A stretch of DNA of 64,000 nucleotides. It comes from Octopus vulgaris. Taxonomy: Eukaryota. The notes beneath the pieces were generated by a model that saw only the letters and a list, made by a program, of their open reading frames with translations, made no database searches and was not told where the DNA came from. This document shows positions 52,086-64,000 of this stretch, piece by piece. The stretch is from the NCBI GenBank assembly GCA_951406725.2, contig OX597818.1, forward strand, positions 132,990,001-133,054,000, read 5' to 3'. Made by a program: the position numbers and the translations under genes. Numbering within the stretch: position 1 is the first letter of the stretch; every line of letters starts with the position of its first letter.

Positions 52086-52361
52086 ATTGAGTAGTTGAAT
52101 GAATTATCTTATTATGGATAATTCGGTTAACCGATACCTGGGTAGCAAATTTACATCAGAAAAAACACGGTTGAAGCTACATGCCTGGGGCAGAGATCAC
52201 GTGCTATCGTGCGGAAATTTGTGTGTTTTTTTTAAATACAAATAAATGAAAGAATGGAGTTGAACGACGAATTAACAAAATTCCTTTATTTTATTTTCGA
52301 ATTTTGTTAATTTTGTTAATTTTGTTAATTCGTCATTCAACTTCATTCTTTCATTTATTTG

Positions 52362-52502
<141 letters not shown>

Positions 52503-52504
52503 AT

Positions 52505-52673
52505 ACATATACGACGGGCTTCTTTCAGTTTTCATCTACCAAATCCACTCACAAGGCTTTGGTCGGCCCGAGGCTATAGCAGAAAACACTTGCCCAAGGT
52601 GCCACACAGTGGGACTGAACCCAGAACCATGTGGTTGGTAAGCAAGCTACTTACCACACAGCCACTCCTGTGC
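52505..52673 (-). mobile_element. SINE family B, 5' half only
   Basis: Head ends in the long (TA)n tract at ~52342-52510. Confidence 0.85.
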
Positions 52674-52699
52674 CTATATATATATATATATATATATAT

Positions 52700-52985
52700 G
52701 TCAATAATAAAATAGGGTGAAATTAATTAATTTGGAATAATCATCAATTTCACCAAGTAGATTTCGGCATGTAAAAGCCCCATTCAAGGAAGGTTTAAGT
52801 AATACTAAGTAATTGAGGGTTTAGCAATGATTTGCCTCACCACGCACCAAATTTAGAAATAGCAGTCAAAGAGTTATGGCTATTCTTTCTACTTAAAAGT
52901 AGAAAGAATAGCCATAACTCTTTGACTGCTATTTCTAAATTCGGTGCGTGGTGAGGCAAATCGTTGCTAAACCCTCAATTACTTA

Positions 52986-52989
<4 letters not shown>
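52700..52989. repeat. (TA)n-flanked fold-back: 93-bp arms (52802-52894 / 52897-52989), 2-nt loop, ~100-bp unpaired extension; probable PLE inverted terminal repeat
   Basis: Arms are reverse complements with two mismatches seen. Confidence 0.85.
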
Positions 52990-53041
<52 letters not shown>

Positions 53042-53258
53042 GTATGCATGTATGTATGTATGTATATATAGGCTTCAAATGATGACATAATGTAAATTAT
53101 GGAATAAATGAATTATTTCAACAACAATCAATGAAGCTGAAAATAAAGGCTACATGGATCTTAATATTTATGATGTTTAAAAAAAATCAAATGATTAATG
53201 CTTCTTGTTAACAGTAGTGCAGTCACTGAAGAAAGCACTATGGACTATTAGACCAAAA

Positions 53259-53402
53259 GATGAAATATATGACTTAGAGAAACGTTGGGTAAAGCTCATA
53301 AATGAACATGGATCATACTTTGATTAAATAAATCAGTTCTCTAACATTTCTGAAACATTTTTATTGTTACCTTTGAAATACATTTCATGAGTGACAACCT
53401 AA
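53259..53402 (+). mobile_element. Mariner transposon 3' end
   Basis: DEIYDLEKRWVKLINEHGSYFD* fits the mariner transposase C-terminus (GI..L..RW.K.I...G.YFD). Ends GACAACCTAA|TA, like the TIR of the MITE at 30859. Confidence 0.8.
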
Positions 53403-53934
53403 TACTTATGATTTAGTAATGTCTTGTTTGTATAGACTTACAAATGATGGTCATGGTTTTTTTTTTTTTTTTTTTACAATCAGGGCACCTATGACCACGT
53501 ATGATCTAATGTGAGATATCTTATTTTAAGTAAGTAGAGCATAATTTGGTAGAAATTTGACTGCTATTTCTAGAGGGTCCAGTGACTGTCATCAAGAGTT
53601 TTGTCTTTGTTTAAGATTTCTTCAGATACTAGTGACCTTGTTATGCATAGTCAACAGAAGATAAGTATGTGTCAAGCAGAAGTTGGACTTGTGACAAAAA
53701 GTAAACTTGTCATGTTGATGTAAGCAGGAATTCCACTGGCTATTACAAAGATCTGAATAAATGATGCCAATAAGCCTGCCCAATATTCTAGATTCTTTGT
53801 CTTTAATTGATGTTAATCTCCAGTAAAAAGAAAATGGGTTAATGTATTAGATGCTGCTAGATTTGTGTGTAAGCTGATATGTATAGTGAGTCTTTACATT
53901 ATGAATCAGCATCAGTAGTAACTGAAGAGTAAAA

Positions 53935-54410
53935 CATCGTCATCATTTAATGCCTGTTTTCCATGCTGGCATGGGTCAGACAGTTAGTTAGTTAGTTAGT
54001 TAGTTAATTTTTTGGCTCAAACAGCAAATAGCAAGGCCATGTAGGGGGACATGGAGTTAAGTACAGGGTGGTGTTCATGTAAAGAGTTCAGGCCACTTGA
54101 GGTCAAGGGAAGCTTTGAACAAAGCGGTCGTCGGCATCTTCACTATCTCGTCTGGCAGCTTATTCCACGGATCCACAACCCAGACGGAGAAAGCCCCTCT
54201 CCTTCGATTGAGATGAAATCGTCGCAGATAGAGCTTTTCGGAGTGACCCCTCAGCCGACGCTCTGGAGCAGGAGTGAAGAACAGCTCTTTCGAGAGGTTA
54301 CACGTTCCGCTTATGATGTTGTGAGTAAGTTTGACAGGAGTTGGCCAGCTGGAAAGCTTCCCAGGTTCCAGGTGTCTATTTTGGCATGGTTTCTACAGCT
54401 GGATACCCTT
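53935..54410 (-). mobile_element. RTE-type 3' end split by a CR1 insertion
   Basis: ...GGGTCAGACAGT | TTGACAGGAG... is contiguous in related copies such as 48042-48355. Confidence 0.7.
53983..54325 (-). mobile_element. 5'-truncated CR1 LINE, copy 2
   Basis: Aligns with 7297-7635. (CTAA)n tail. Confidence 0.9.
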
Positions 54411-54599
54411 AAGAAAATATTAAAGCCATTGAGAAAAATATAAAATTTCTTATGATAAACATCATGTAGATGGTTCAAAATATTCAGTTGATTTGTAAGG
54501 CAAAAAAAAAAAAAAATATCAGAGATACTTTAGCCCAGGCAGGAGCTTCTTAAAGATGCTGCATCATCTTTCATTTAATGATGACTAAATCTATTATAT

Positions 54600-54935
54600 T
54601 GTTGAACACCTTACTTTATTTACAAACGGGTTTGCCATTAGGGTTTTTGACAACTGCAACCTCCTTAAGCAGGTCTCAGCTGCTATAAACATCGTCTTAA
54701 TAGCATTCTTCAATTGTGTGAGCTTCAAATCACTCTTCTGTAAGAAATAGAGTGCTGATCTTGCTGGGAAACCATGGCAGCCAACACCAAAGGGAAATGA
54801 GGCTGTATGCCATTCCCTTGACAAGATCTTCATTAACAGAGTCTTCTTATTTGGCTTCTTTTTGTTGATGAAAAATGTTAAGCTTGTCCTCGCAGGACCC
54901 TCTGAGTAATAGGTCATATCTGAGTACTTATGCCC
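54600..54935 (-). mobile_element. Decayed HERO/NeSL-like restriction-like endonuclease C-terminus
   Basis: ORF has WHTASFPFGVGCHGFPARSALYFLQK...AIKTMFIAAE, resembling W...FPVEVGCRGF..S.....AI......AE. Confidence 0.65.
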
Positions 54936-55097
54936 TTTATATCACACCAGCTGGAGTGAAAATATAATAAGTTAATAGTTTGCATTACACATACAAGACA
55001 GTGTTTGAGAAAGTAGCAAACAGCCTGCCTCAAAATATTATTTTATTTAGTAATATTGAGAAAATATAAAGATAATTGCTGCTAGAAAATAATAAAA

Positions 55098-55328
55098 GGC
55101 AGTGAGCTGGCAGTAACGTTAGCACGCCGGGTGAAATGCTTAGCAGTATTTCGTCTGCTGTTATATTCTGAGTTCAAATCCCACCAAGGTCGACTTTGCC
55201 TTTCATCCTTTCGGGGTCAATAAATTAAGTACCAGTTACGCACTGGGGTCGATATAATCGACTTAATCCTTTTGTCTGTCCTTGTTTGTCCCTTTTGTGT
55301 GTAGCCCCTTGTGGGCAGTAAAGAAATA
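55098..55328 (+). mobile_element. SINE family A, 11-bp TSD
   Basis: AGAAAATAATA at 55084-55094 and 55329-55339. Confidence 0.88.
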
Positions 55329-55439
55329 AGAAAATAATATATTTTTGAAATATTCATCATATTATTTATGACCAAGAAGTCCATACTCAAGAAGACTCTT
55401 CCTTCATAGCCAAAGTGTTAAGGTCACTCCCGTCTGGTG

Positions 55440-55709
55440 AAGAGGATTGGTCCACAAGAATTGTGTGCTGGTGCTACATAAAAAGCACCCATGCCAGTGC
55501 CACGTAAAGGCACTTGTGCAGTGCCATGCTGAAAGTACCCAGAACACACTGTAAAGAGTGTGGCATTAGGAAGAGCATCCAGCAGTAGAAACCAAGCTAA
55601 ATCAGACAAGAATCTGATTCAGCTCTCCAGCTTGTCAGTTCTGGTTAAACCCATGCCTGCATGGAAAACAGATATTACAGGATGATGATGGTGACGATGA
55701 TGATGATGG

Positions 55710-55757
<48 letters not shown>

Positions 55758-55770
55758 GGATGATGATGTC
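55440..55770 (+). mobile_element. RTE-type 3' end with a long (GAT)n tail
   Basis: GGCATTAGGAAGAGCATCCAGC, then (GAT)n at ~55681-55768. Confidence 0.75.
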
Positions 55771-56329
55771 AATTGGAGATAGTTAGGGATGGTCGAAAGG
55801 AAAACTTTATTTTTGTGCCTAAAGACTTATGAAACATTCTAAGATGTTCCAGAGGGGTTGAAAAACTCTGGAGTTCAAATCCTTTGGAGATTTTTTCATA
55901 TTGCTAAAGACCATATGTTACTAGATTCATGTATAAATAAGATAATTTTCATCCTTCAACTTTCTGAGATTATTTCTGTTGTATCTGTCAACTCTAGTCT
56001 AATTCATCAGAAATATTTTAGCTCTTATATTTTGACAATTCATTATTTCTTGGTTCACATACAATATACATATAACAAATTGCATATTATGTACGTTAAA
56101 AACAATTATTTTTATTACACATGCACACACAGACAAACACACACACACACATACACACACCATAAATCCTTAATTCATACACTGTTAATGATCACGATAT
56201 TTGGGACTATAGAAATCTACAAGAATTTGTTAAGATTGAAAGGATGATGAACAAAACAAGATGATTTCCTTCACAACTTTTTTATTCTAAATTAAAAAGA
56301 GGAAAAGAATTCTCTCTCTCACACACACA

Positions 56330-56342
56330 TGCATGCACACAG

Positions 56343-56373
<31 letters not shown>

Positions 56374-57097
56374 CATACATACATACATACATACATGCAT
56401 ACATATATACATATATACATGCATACATACATGCATACATACATACATACATACATACATGCATGCATACATACATACATACAAACATACATACATCCAA
56501 ACATACATACATACATACATACATATGTACATACATACATACATACATACATACATACATACAAACATACATACATACACACACACATACATACATATAC
56601 ATACATATATACATACATACATACATACATACATACATACAAACATACATACATACACACACATACATACATGCATGCATACATACATACATACATACAT
56701 ACATACATACAAACATACATACATACACACACATACATACATACATGCATACATACATATATACATATATACATGCATACATACATACATACATACATAC
56801 ATACATACATACATACATACATACATACACACACATACATACATGCATGCATACATACATACATGCATGCATACATACATACATACATACACATATACAT
56901 ACATACATGCATACATACATACATACATGCATGCATACATACATACATACATACATACACACACATACATGCATACATACATACATACATGCATGCATAC
57001 ATACATACATACATACATACATAAATACATACATACATACAAACATACATACATACATACATACATACAAACATACATACATACATACATACATACA

Positions 57098-57131
<34 letters not shown>

Positions 57132-57145
57132 CATACATACATACA

Positions 57146-57179
<34 letters not shown>

Positions 57180-57188
57180 CATACATAC
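56330..57188 (+). repeat. ~860-bp imperfect (ACAT)n microsatellite array
   Basis: Read directly. Variant units GCAT, ACAA, ACAC and ATAT. Confidence 0.97.
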
Positions 57189-57189
57189 A

Positions 57190-57760
57190 GAAGCCATAGC
57201 CACTCGTAATAAAAAGGAATACTAGGAATACTGGTAGAATGTCCCAGTGAAAACCTCAATAAAATGTAAGCACAATAGACCTGATATTATGATTTGGGAT
57301 AGAGAAGAGAAACTGTGTATAGTTGTGGAAATCAGCTGCCCAGCAGATGTCAACATGAAGCTGAAAATTAATAAAAAAGAGAATACTTATGCTGAACTAT
57401 TGATAAATCTGCAGTTATTCTATCCAGATTACAAGTTCAGCCTTATACCTGTAATTATTGTGGCACTGGGATATGTAACTCACTGCCTAAAAACCAATCT
57501 TAAGAAATTAGGTTTCTCAAAACCAGAATGGAGCAAGCTGATTCAAGGACTTCAGATCCATGCCATCATTGGAACTGTAAAAATCTGTAAAACTTTCCAG
57601 AAGTTTATCATTGAAGTATATATGAGCATGTCTAGATATGCAAGTATATGCATAAGAAGACATACATAAAAGAAAACATACAAATTTGCACATATACATA
57701 CAAACAAATAAAAATACCCTGTCATTGCTATTGAAATTCCAATGATGAATAACGACATAC
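57190..57760 (+). mobile_element. 5'-truncated non-LTR retrotransposon with a PD-(D/E)xK restriction-like endonuclease (R4/Dong-like)
   Basis: EYW*NVPVKTSIKCKHNRPDIMIWDREEKLCIVVEISCPADVN...KKENTY...IPVIIVALG...IIGTVKICKTF. The UTR ends in ACATAC repeats. Confidence 0.88.
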
Positions 57761-57768
57761 GTACATAC

Positions 57769-57809
<41 letters not shown>

Positions 57810-57820
57810 CGTTTATATAT

Positions 57821-58291
57821 TTGTTGTGCAAGATTTTTTATGTGAAGTCATGTGTTGAAACAGATATTGTTATATTTCAGAATGGTCATTTTTCCAGTTA
57901 GCCAATAAAAACACACGCACTATATATTTGGTGTTATTTTGCTTCAGTGTTATTTATTTTTTACATTAATCTAAATCTTATTTCGGCCAGAGTTCTTTCG
58001 TCACACTCCTGAGACCGCATCAGTGGTCCTTTGTTTTCTTCTTTCTTATTTGTGTCTCTCCTTACTAACCCTCAGCCATTTTGCATTTCTATTGAGAGAC
58101 ACAAATAAGAAAGAAGAAAACAAAGGACCACTGATGCGGTCACAGGAGTGTGACGAAAGAACTCTGGCCGAAATAAGATTAAGATTAATGTAAAAAATAA
58201 ATAACACTGAAGCAAAATAACACCAAATATATAGTGCGTGTGTTTTTATTGGCTAAACTGGCAAAATGACCATTCCGAAATATAACAATAT
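57821..58291. mobile_element. (TA)n-flanked inverted repeat (arms 57864-58060 / 58094-58291, 33-nt spacer); probable Penelope-like terminal-repeat pair
   Basis: Arms are reverse complements with a few mismatches, and each contains a hammerhead-like motif. Confidence 0.8.
58125..58169 (+). ncRNA. Minimal type-I hammerhead ribozyme-like motif (mirror copy on - strand at 57985-58029)
   Basis: GGACCA CTGATGC G GTCACA-GGAG-TGTGAC GAAA G-AA-C TC TGGCC: 6-bp stem II, 2-bp stem III, CUC cleavage triplet, stem I CCA/TGG plus GG/CC. The core has C at the normally conserved A9. Confidence 0.55.
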
Positions 58292-59074
58292 ATATATATA
58301 TATATATATACATACATAATCAATGAGAATAGAAAATTATTTAATAATTATTCCAGAAGTGAAACAGTACTAAATCATTTTAATAAACTGACCTCTCTTA
58401 GCTTGTCATCTTCTGCTTTAGATAAATTTGGACTGCTATAGCCTGTAGGACCTTGCTGTTCTGGAATTTTCTGTCCAGCTGAATTGTTAACTGCAAGAGA
58501 AATTATTTAAAAGCTGATTTTGAATACATTTTCACTAAAAATCCATGTAAGTATTTTATAATTAGATATTTCTTTTTTTTTTCCAAAGTCTCCAAATCTG
58601 AAGAACCAGACAAACAAATCTATTAATATTTTCTTTAAACATTAGTAATTCATAAACTGGTGCCTAATATTTATGGTTCCATGGATTGTATGTTCCAGAT
58701 GATAAAATAATAGGAATGATGACCTGCTATAGGCATATTTCATTGAGTTAAGACGACATAAAAATTGCTATTTGAAGCAGTCGTGGATAATGGAATAATT
58801 AACTAATTAATTCAAGCTTAATTTTCAAAATCATATAAATATCACTTATAATGTAATACAACACATTAGAATGAAGGAATCACTTCTGTTATAATTGTAG
58901 AAGTAGAGTGTCCAATCAACTGCTTAGCGAAAATGGTCCATCTTTTTTCTTTAGTTTTCAGATTGAAGTAATTACTTATTGTTCCATGTAAAGAACAGTG
59001 TGAAAGTTCAAATCCAGGTAAAGTTTTTTTACTTTATTTTCTTTATATTTTCTTTAGTCAGGAGGGAATGCAGT

Positions 59075-59284
59075 TTACTCTCTTTTTTTACTCTTTTACT
59101 TGTTTCAGTCATTTGACTGCGGCCATGCTGGAGCACCACCTTTAGTCGAGCAAATCGACCCCGGGACTTATTCTTTGTAAGCCCAGTACTTATTGTATCA
59201 GTCTCTTTTGCCGAACCGCTAAGTGACGGGGACGCAAACACACCAGCATCGTTTGTCAAACACACCAGCATCGTTTGACAAACA

Positions 59285-59336
<52 letters not shown>

Positions 59337-59500
59337 CATATATACGACGGGCTTCTTTCAGTTTCCGTCTACCAAATCCACTCACAAGGCTTTGATCGGC
59401 CCAAGGCTATAGTAGAAGACACTTGCCCAAGGTGCCACACAGTGGGACTGAACCCGGAACCATGTGGTTGGTTAGCAAGCTACTTACTACACAGCCACTC
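59075..59500 (-). mobile_element. SINE family B with an internal ~23-bp duplication
   Basis: CAAACACACCAGCATCGTTTG occurs twice (~59236-59278). Confidence 0.9.
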
Positions 59501-60214
59501 GTTATTTTTTACAAGACAACTGACTGGACTCTACAGAAAACATCCAAGGAGTAAGATAGTGATGTTAAAAAGGTTATGAGATTAGAACTACCATTCAAGT
59601 ACATTATGGTAGTATTTGATCTCAGAATACAAAGAACTGGTACAAATGCAAAAAGGTATCTAATACAATGTTTTTATGGTTCCACAAATCCACTACCTTG
59701 GATTGGTACATTTTTATCAACTGTGAAAAGATTTGATCAGAGCTAGTGCTAGAAGGTGCAAGGAACCAATTAGAAAATTATCAGTAGTGGTCTTCTACTC
59801 TACAAAAGCTGAAGACTGATGTTTTATGCTTCATGTAGTATTCCAATTCCAGCCAAAAAACATTGAAAGCTTGAGGTTCCATCATTAGCCACAAGGATGT
59901 ACTAAAAATTTGCCATAATGTCCACCACCCAAGCATGTGCATGGAGCCCTCACTTGGTGCAGGACCCAATTTGAACAAAGCTGTCTAATTAGCTTAAAAC
60001 CAGCCCTGGATGAGATGAATAGTAAAACTGACTTTGGAGGGATTTGAACTCAGAGTACAGAGTCAGAATAAGTACCTATGATGCATTCTACCCAACACAC
60101 AAAGGAATTTTTCCAATCTTTCACTTTAAAAGGGACTTGATAGAAGGAAAACAGTCATCATCGTATCTTAATTAATGTATATAATGAGTGAACTCATGAT
60201 GAATGAAAAAAAAT

Positions 60215-61075
60215 GATGCATGAGGGGCAATGCATACCTCGCATGCAAATAATTTTTTTTTTGCAAATTATAGTGTGGCTTACAATACATTGCTTACCCA
60301 TGCTTTTTAACTGAACAGAATTAATATTTTTTTTTAAGTATCACCATTATAGGTATTTATACCCCAGTGAAATTAAGAAATCAACTCAGTGTAAACACAC
60401 ACACACACACACATATACACAGTCGCATATGTTTGTATGTATGTATGTATGTATGTATCTATGTATGTATGCACATGTGTCTATGCACATAAGTACACCA
60501 TGATCTATACACATACACGAGGGTCAATTCCTATGAGAAAGAAAGTAAACAAAACAACATGACCACTTGCTTATCGGGAAATTTGTAAGTTAGATTTTTT
60601 TATTCCTTTTTTTAAGTATTATAGGTATTTATACTCCAGTAAAATTAAGAAATCAAGTCGTAAATAAATAAAACCCTCAAATCCATCACTGTACATGTAC
60701 ACACACACACACACATACACACACAGAGTCGCATATCTATGAATGTATTTATATATGCATATATGTACACACGTGTGTCAATGCACATGGGTAGACTATG
60801 ATCTATACACATGCAGATGAGGGTCAATTCATATGAAAAAGAAAGTGAACAAAATGATATGACCATTTGCTTACCAGGAAATTTGTAAGTTCAGTTTTTT
60901 TTTATTTCTTTTTCTTAAAAATAAATAATCAAACCAAATGTTCATCATTTCGAGCCACTCACCCAATGAATATTTCTACCAAATGTGGTGAAAATCCATT
61001 CAGCCATTTTCCAGTAATTTTGCAAACAAACAGACAAACATGAGTGATTACAATATCCTGCTTTTACTTACATGT
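60215..61075 (+). mobile_element. Possible Helentron-type non-autonomous element containing two ~280-bp tandem units
   Basis: 5' hairpin CATGAGG..CCTCGCATG. Units at ~60328-60600 and ~60607-60905. 3' part ACCAAATGTGGTGAAAATCC...CAAACAGACAAAC...TACAATA resembles mollusc Helentron-associated elements (recall only). Confidence 0.4.
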
Positions 61076-61347
61076 GTAGGATAATGAAGTGAAAGGATAA
61101 TGAAGTGAAGTGCTGTGCATTGATGTAAGGAAATAGTAATAATATCTACACCCAAGTAAAAATACCAGGCAAGGACCTTTTAGAAATTAAGAACTAGATG
61201 GAAAAAGTTGATAATAAAAGTTAAAAAATAAATAGTGAAAAGTAAAATGAAGGCAAATAAATATCACAAATTAATAAATTGACTTGGTATGGGAAAAGGG
61301 GATAGAGAACATACTAATGACCATACTTACATTCATACACACATATA

Positions 61348-61525
61348 TTGGTTTCAAATTATGGCACAAGATTTCTGTGCTCAACTGTTGCTTATTCTAT
61401 CGACCCCGAAAAGATGAAGAGTAAAGTCAACCTCAGTGGAATTCGAACTAACTCAGAACATACATATAGGTGAAATGCTGCTAAGCATTTCGCCCAGTAT
61501 GGTAATAATTCTACGAGCTCACTGT
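61348..61525 (-). mobile_element. SINE family A, degenerate
   Basis: TATCGACCCCGAAAAGATGAAG...GCTAAGCATTTCGCCC. Confidence 0.65.
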
Positions 61526-63612
61526 TTACATACACATATATTACATACATTACATACACGATTACCTACATAACATGCACACATACATTCATATATATAT
61601 GTACATATGTATATATATTACATACATGCATGAGAAGAATATTTAATTTTAGCTAGAATTATATCTCCACTCTATGACTTACATTAAAAATTGCTTCAAA
61701 CTATGGGAGTAAAAATAAAAGGTTTTGTAAATACAATACAAGATATCTAATATCAACTGGATTTTAACTTTTAAACTATACTTTGTATTGAACAATGAAT
61801 GATTAATCCTACTGTCATAAGAAAAAAAAAGCATGCCTACACTAAGAAGTAGAGAAAAGAAGATACTATATATATAGTATCTCACACAAGATACTATATA
61901 TATATATATTAATAACTAGGTTAATTGAAGCTACAATTTCCTTTAACATCACCACCACCAACAGAGCCTTTAAACTGTTCCCAATGGTGGTACTAATAAA
62001 TGATTCATATATTCAGGAGAGCTACAAAATATAGAGTCAGTCTATTTTTGTATTCATTCATTTTCAGTATACCTGAGAAAGTTGACTGCCATTTCTATCA
62101 GTTGTCTTATGTAAGTTAGAAAACCAAAGTGCTGAACTCTAGGTACATCTCTTGTTGTTTGCACAACCTGAAATAATGATTTTATACTAACAGGTATACA
62201 TGGATGCTAGATGATGCGGCCAAGGCAGGTCCTAATAAATGGCAAGAAAATCTTGGATTTTTTTATAGTACTGCTTTAGTACCAGAAGATACAAGAAGAA
62301 TGAGATCTCCTATGATTCATAATAATTTTACTTCAGACCAAGTTGGAAGTTCACATCAAGTTAATGTTTTTATTTGAAGCATTAGAACTAAGAGAATAAT
62401 TTCATGATGGGTCATACAAAAAAGAACCCCACAAAACTAAACAAAAATAAACAAACAGTTTGCTAGAAGCTTCAATAACAAGAATATCAGACTGCCTCAT
62501 GAATCCTAAAGTTCATTGTAGTTGATGAGGGCAAATACCTTTAGCAAAGATATTAAACTAGAAAGCAACTTTGCTATATTTCATATTTATTCTATGTAAT
62601 TCTGAAGACAATTAAGAGTTGTACATGTCATATAATATTGCAGAACTTATTTCTAATAATTAGAAAATAATAAATATTCAAAAATATTTCAAAAATATTT
62701 CAAAATAAATCCTTGTACATGCAATATAAAATAAAATTTAAAATTGAAATGTCCTCCTTATATATAGAAATTACTTCAGTAGGAAAATGCTAGCAGCCTC
62801 TTAGATATTAACTATATCTTTAGCTTGGTTTATAACAACATATACACAATATATATAAAATGGCAATCAGCACCATAATTATCTATTACAATGTTTAAAT
62901 GGCAGTTGATAGCTATGAGCAGAATTTCCCCTTTTTTCTTAGTATATTTACTGTTCACTTATCTTCACCCAATTCAAACTCATTATTGCTCTAACAGAAA
63001 ATCTTATAAGATTTTATTAAAACATTCTGCCAAGAAAACTGCAAACAATTATCACACAAAGCAGCCTAAAGTGGTCATTTACAATAACAGGAAATGAACT
63101 TTATGATGGATACTAAAAAAATAAACAAAAAGAAGACCTCAATATAATCTTTCTTTCAGCAATTGTGTCTTTTATTTATTTTTCAGTGTTAAAAAATATA
63201 TATATATTTGAACAATGCTAGCAAACTATAATTAAAAAAACTTTCATTACCAATAGCTAGGAAGGAAGAGAGTTTAGACGTATATATATACATAGACCAA
63301 ATCAATAAAACAGTTGAGAGATTTTGTTTTGAAGAAAAATTATTGAAACAGCATAGACTTTTAAAGATATTGCATATAGATATATTCAAATTAATTAATT
63401 TTGGAAAATGTCCAAATATTATCTGGACTTTTTCTAAGACATTTACTTAATCCTCTCTTCAGACTTAATGTAACCTCTACAATTTGAAGTTAACAAATGT
63501 ATTAGTCCAGACAAGATTCCAGTTATAATTATTTGGCTTTATTATAACATTTGCATGTCAAGTTTATAAATTTTCTGTATTTCTTTAATTATGAAAAACC
63601 AAACATGTCAAC

Positions 63613-64000
63613 AGGCGCAGGAGTGGCTGTGTGGTAAGTAGCTTGCTAACCATCCACATGGTCCCCGGTTCAATCCCAATGCATGACATCTTGGGCAAGT
63701 GTCTTCTGCTATAGCCCCGGGCCGACCAATGCCTTGTGAGTGAATTTGGTAAATGGAAACTGAAAGAAGCCTGTTGTATATATGTATATATGTATATATA
63801 TGTATGTGTGCTTGTGTTTGTGTGTCTGTGTTTGTCCCCCTAGCATTGCTTGACAACCGATGCTGGTGTGTTTATGTCCCCGTCACTTAGCGGTTCGGCA
63901 AAAGAGACCGATAGAATAAGTATTGGGCTTACAAGTCCCGGGGTTGATTTGCTTAACTAAAGGTGGTGCTCCAGCATGGCCACAGTCAAATGACTGAAAC
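63613..64000 (+). mobile_element. SINE family B, running off the window end
   Basis: As 15777-16203. Confidence 0.9.

Noticed and set aside
56282-57259. Long ORFs (231-325 aa) on both strands
   Set aside because: Translations of the stop-free (ACAT)n array (MYVC/HTYI repeats), not genes.
58421-59017. Two acceptor/donor-bounded segments
   Set aside because: Stop codons in all three frames and no other support.

Overview
AT-rich eukaryotic non-coding DNA, dense in microsatellites and transposon remnants. The SINE/LINE repertoire looks like a coleoid cephalopod, probably Octopus (inference from recalled repeat families, not searched). No intact host protein-coding gene is supported, and most listed ORFs are translations of microsatellites or SINEs. 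The window holds at least four tRNA-headed SINE families and many RTE-type LINE 3' ends with (GAT)n tails. It also has fragments of CR1, Tx1/L1, R4/Dong-like and HERO-like LINEs, Penelope-like elements (PLEs), a Copia protease remnant, a non-autonomous Helitron, and piggyBac-, mariner- and pogo-like MITEs. Four items stand out. (1) A (TA)n-flanked ~197-bp-arm inverted repeat carries a minimal hammerhead-ribozyme-like motif in each arm, and a second (TA)n-flanked fold-back has the same layout. (2) A U6 snRNA 3' end is fused to a SINE and the pair is bracketed by one target-site duplication (TSD). (3) A restriction-like-endonuclease LINE sits in an ~860-bp (ACAT)n array, while related elements sit in (TAA)n. 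(4) A TTAA-MITE has inserted into the terminus of a sister copy. All coordinates were read by eye, so edges of degenerate elements are approximate.
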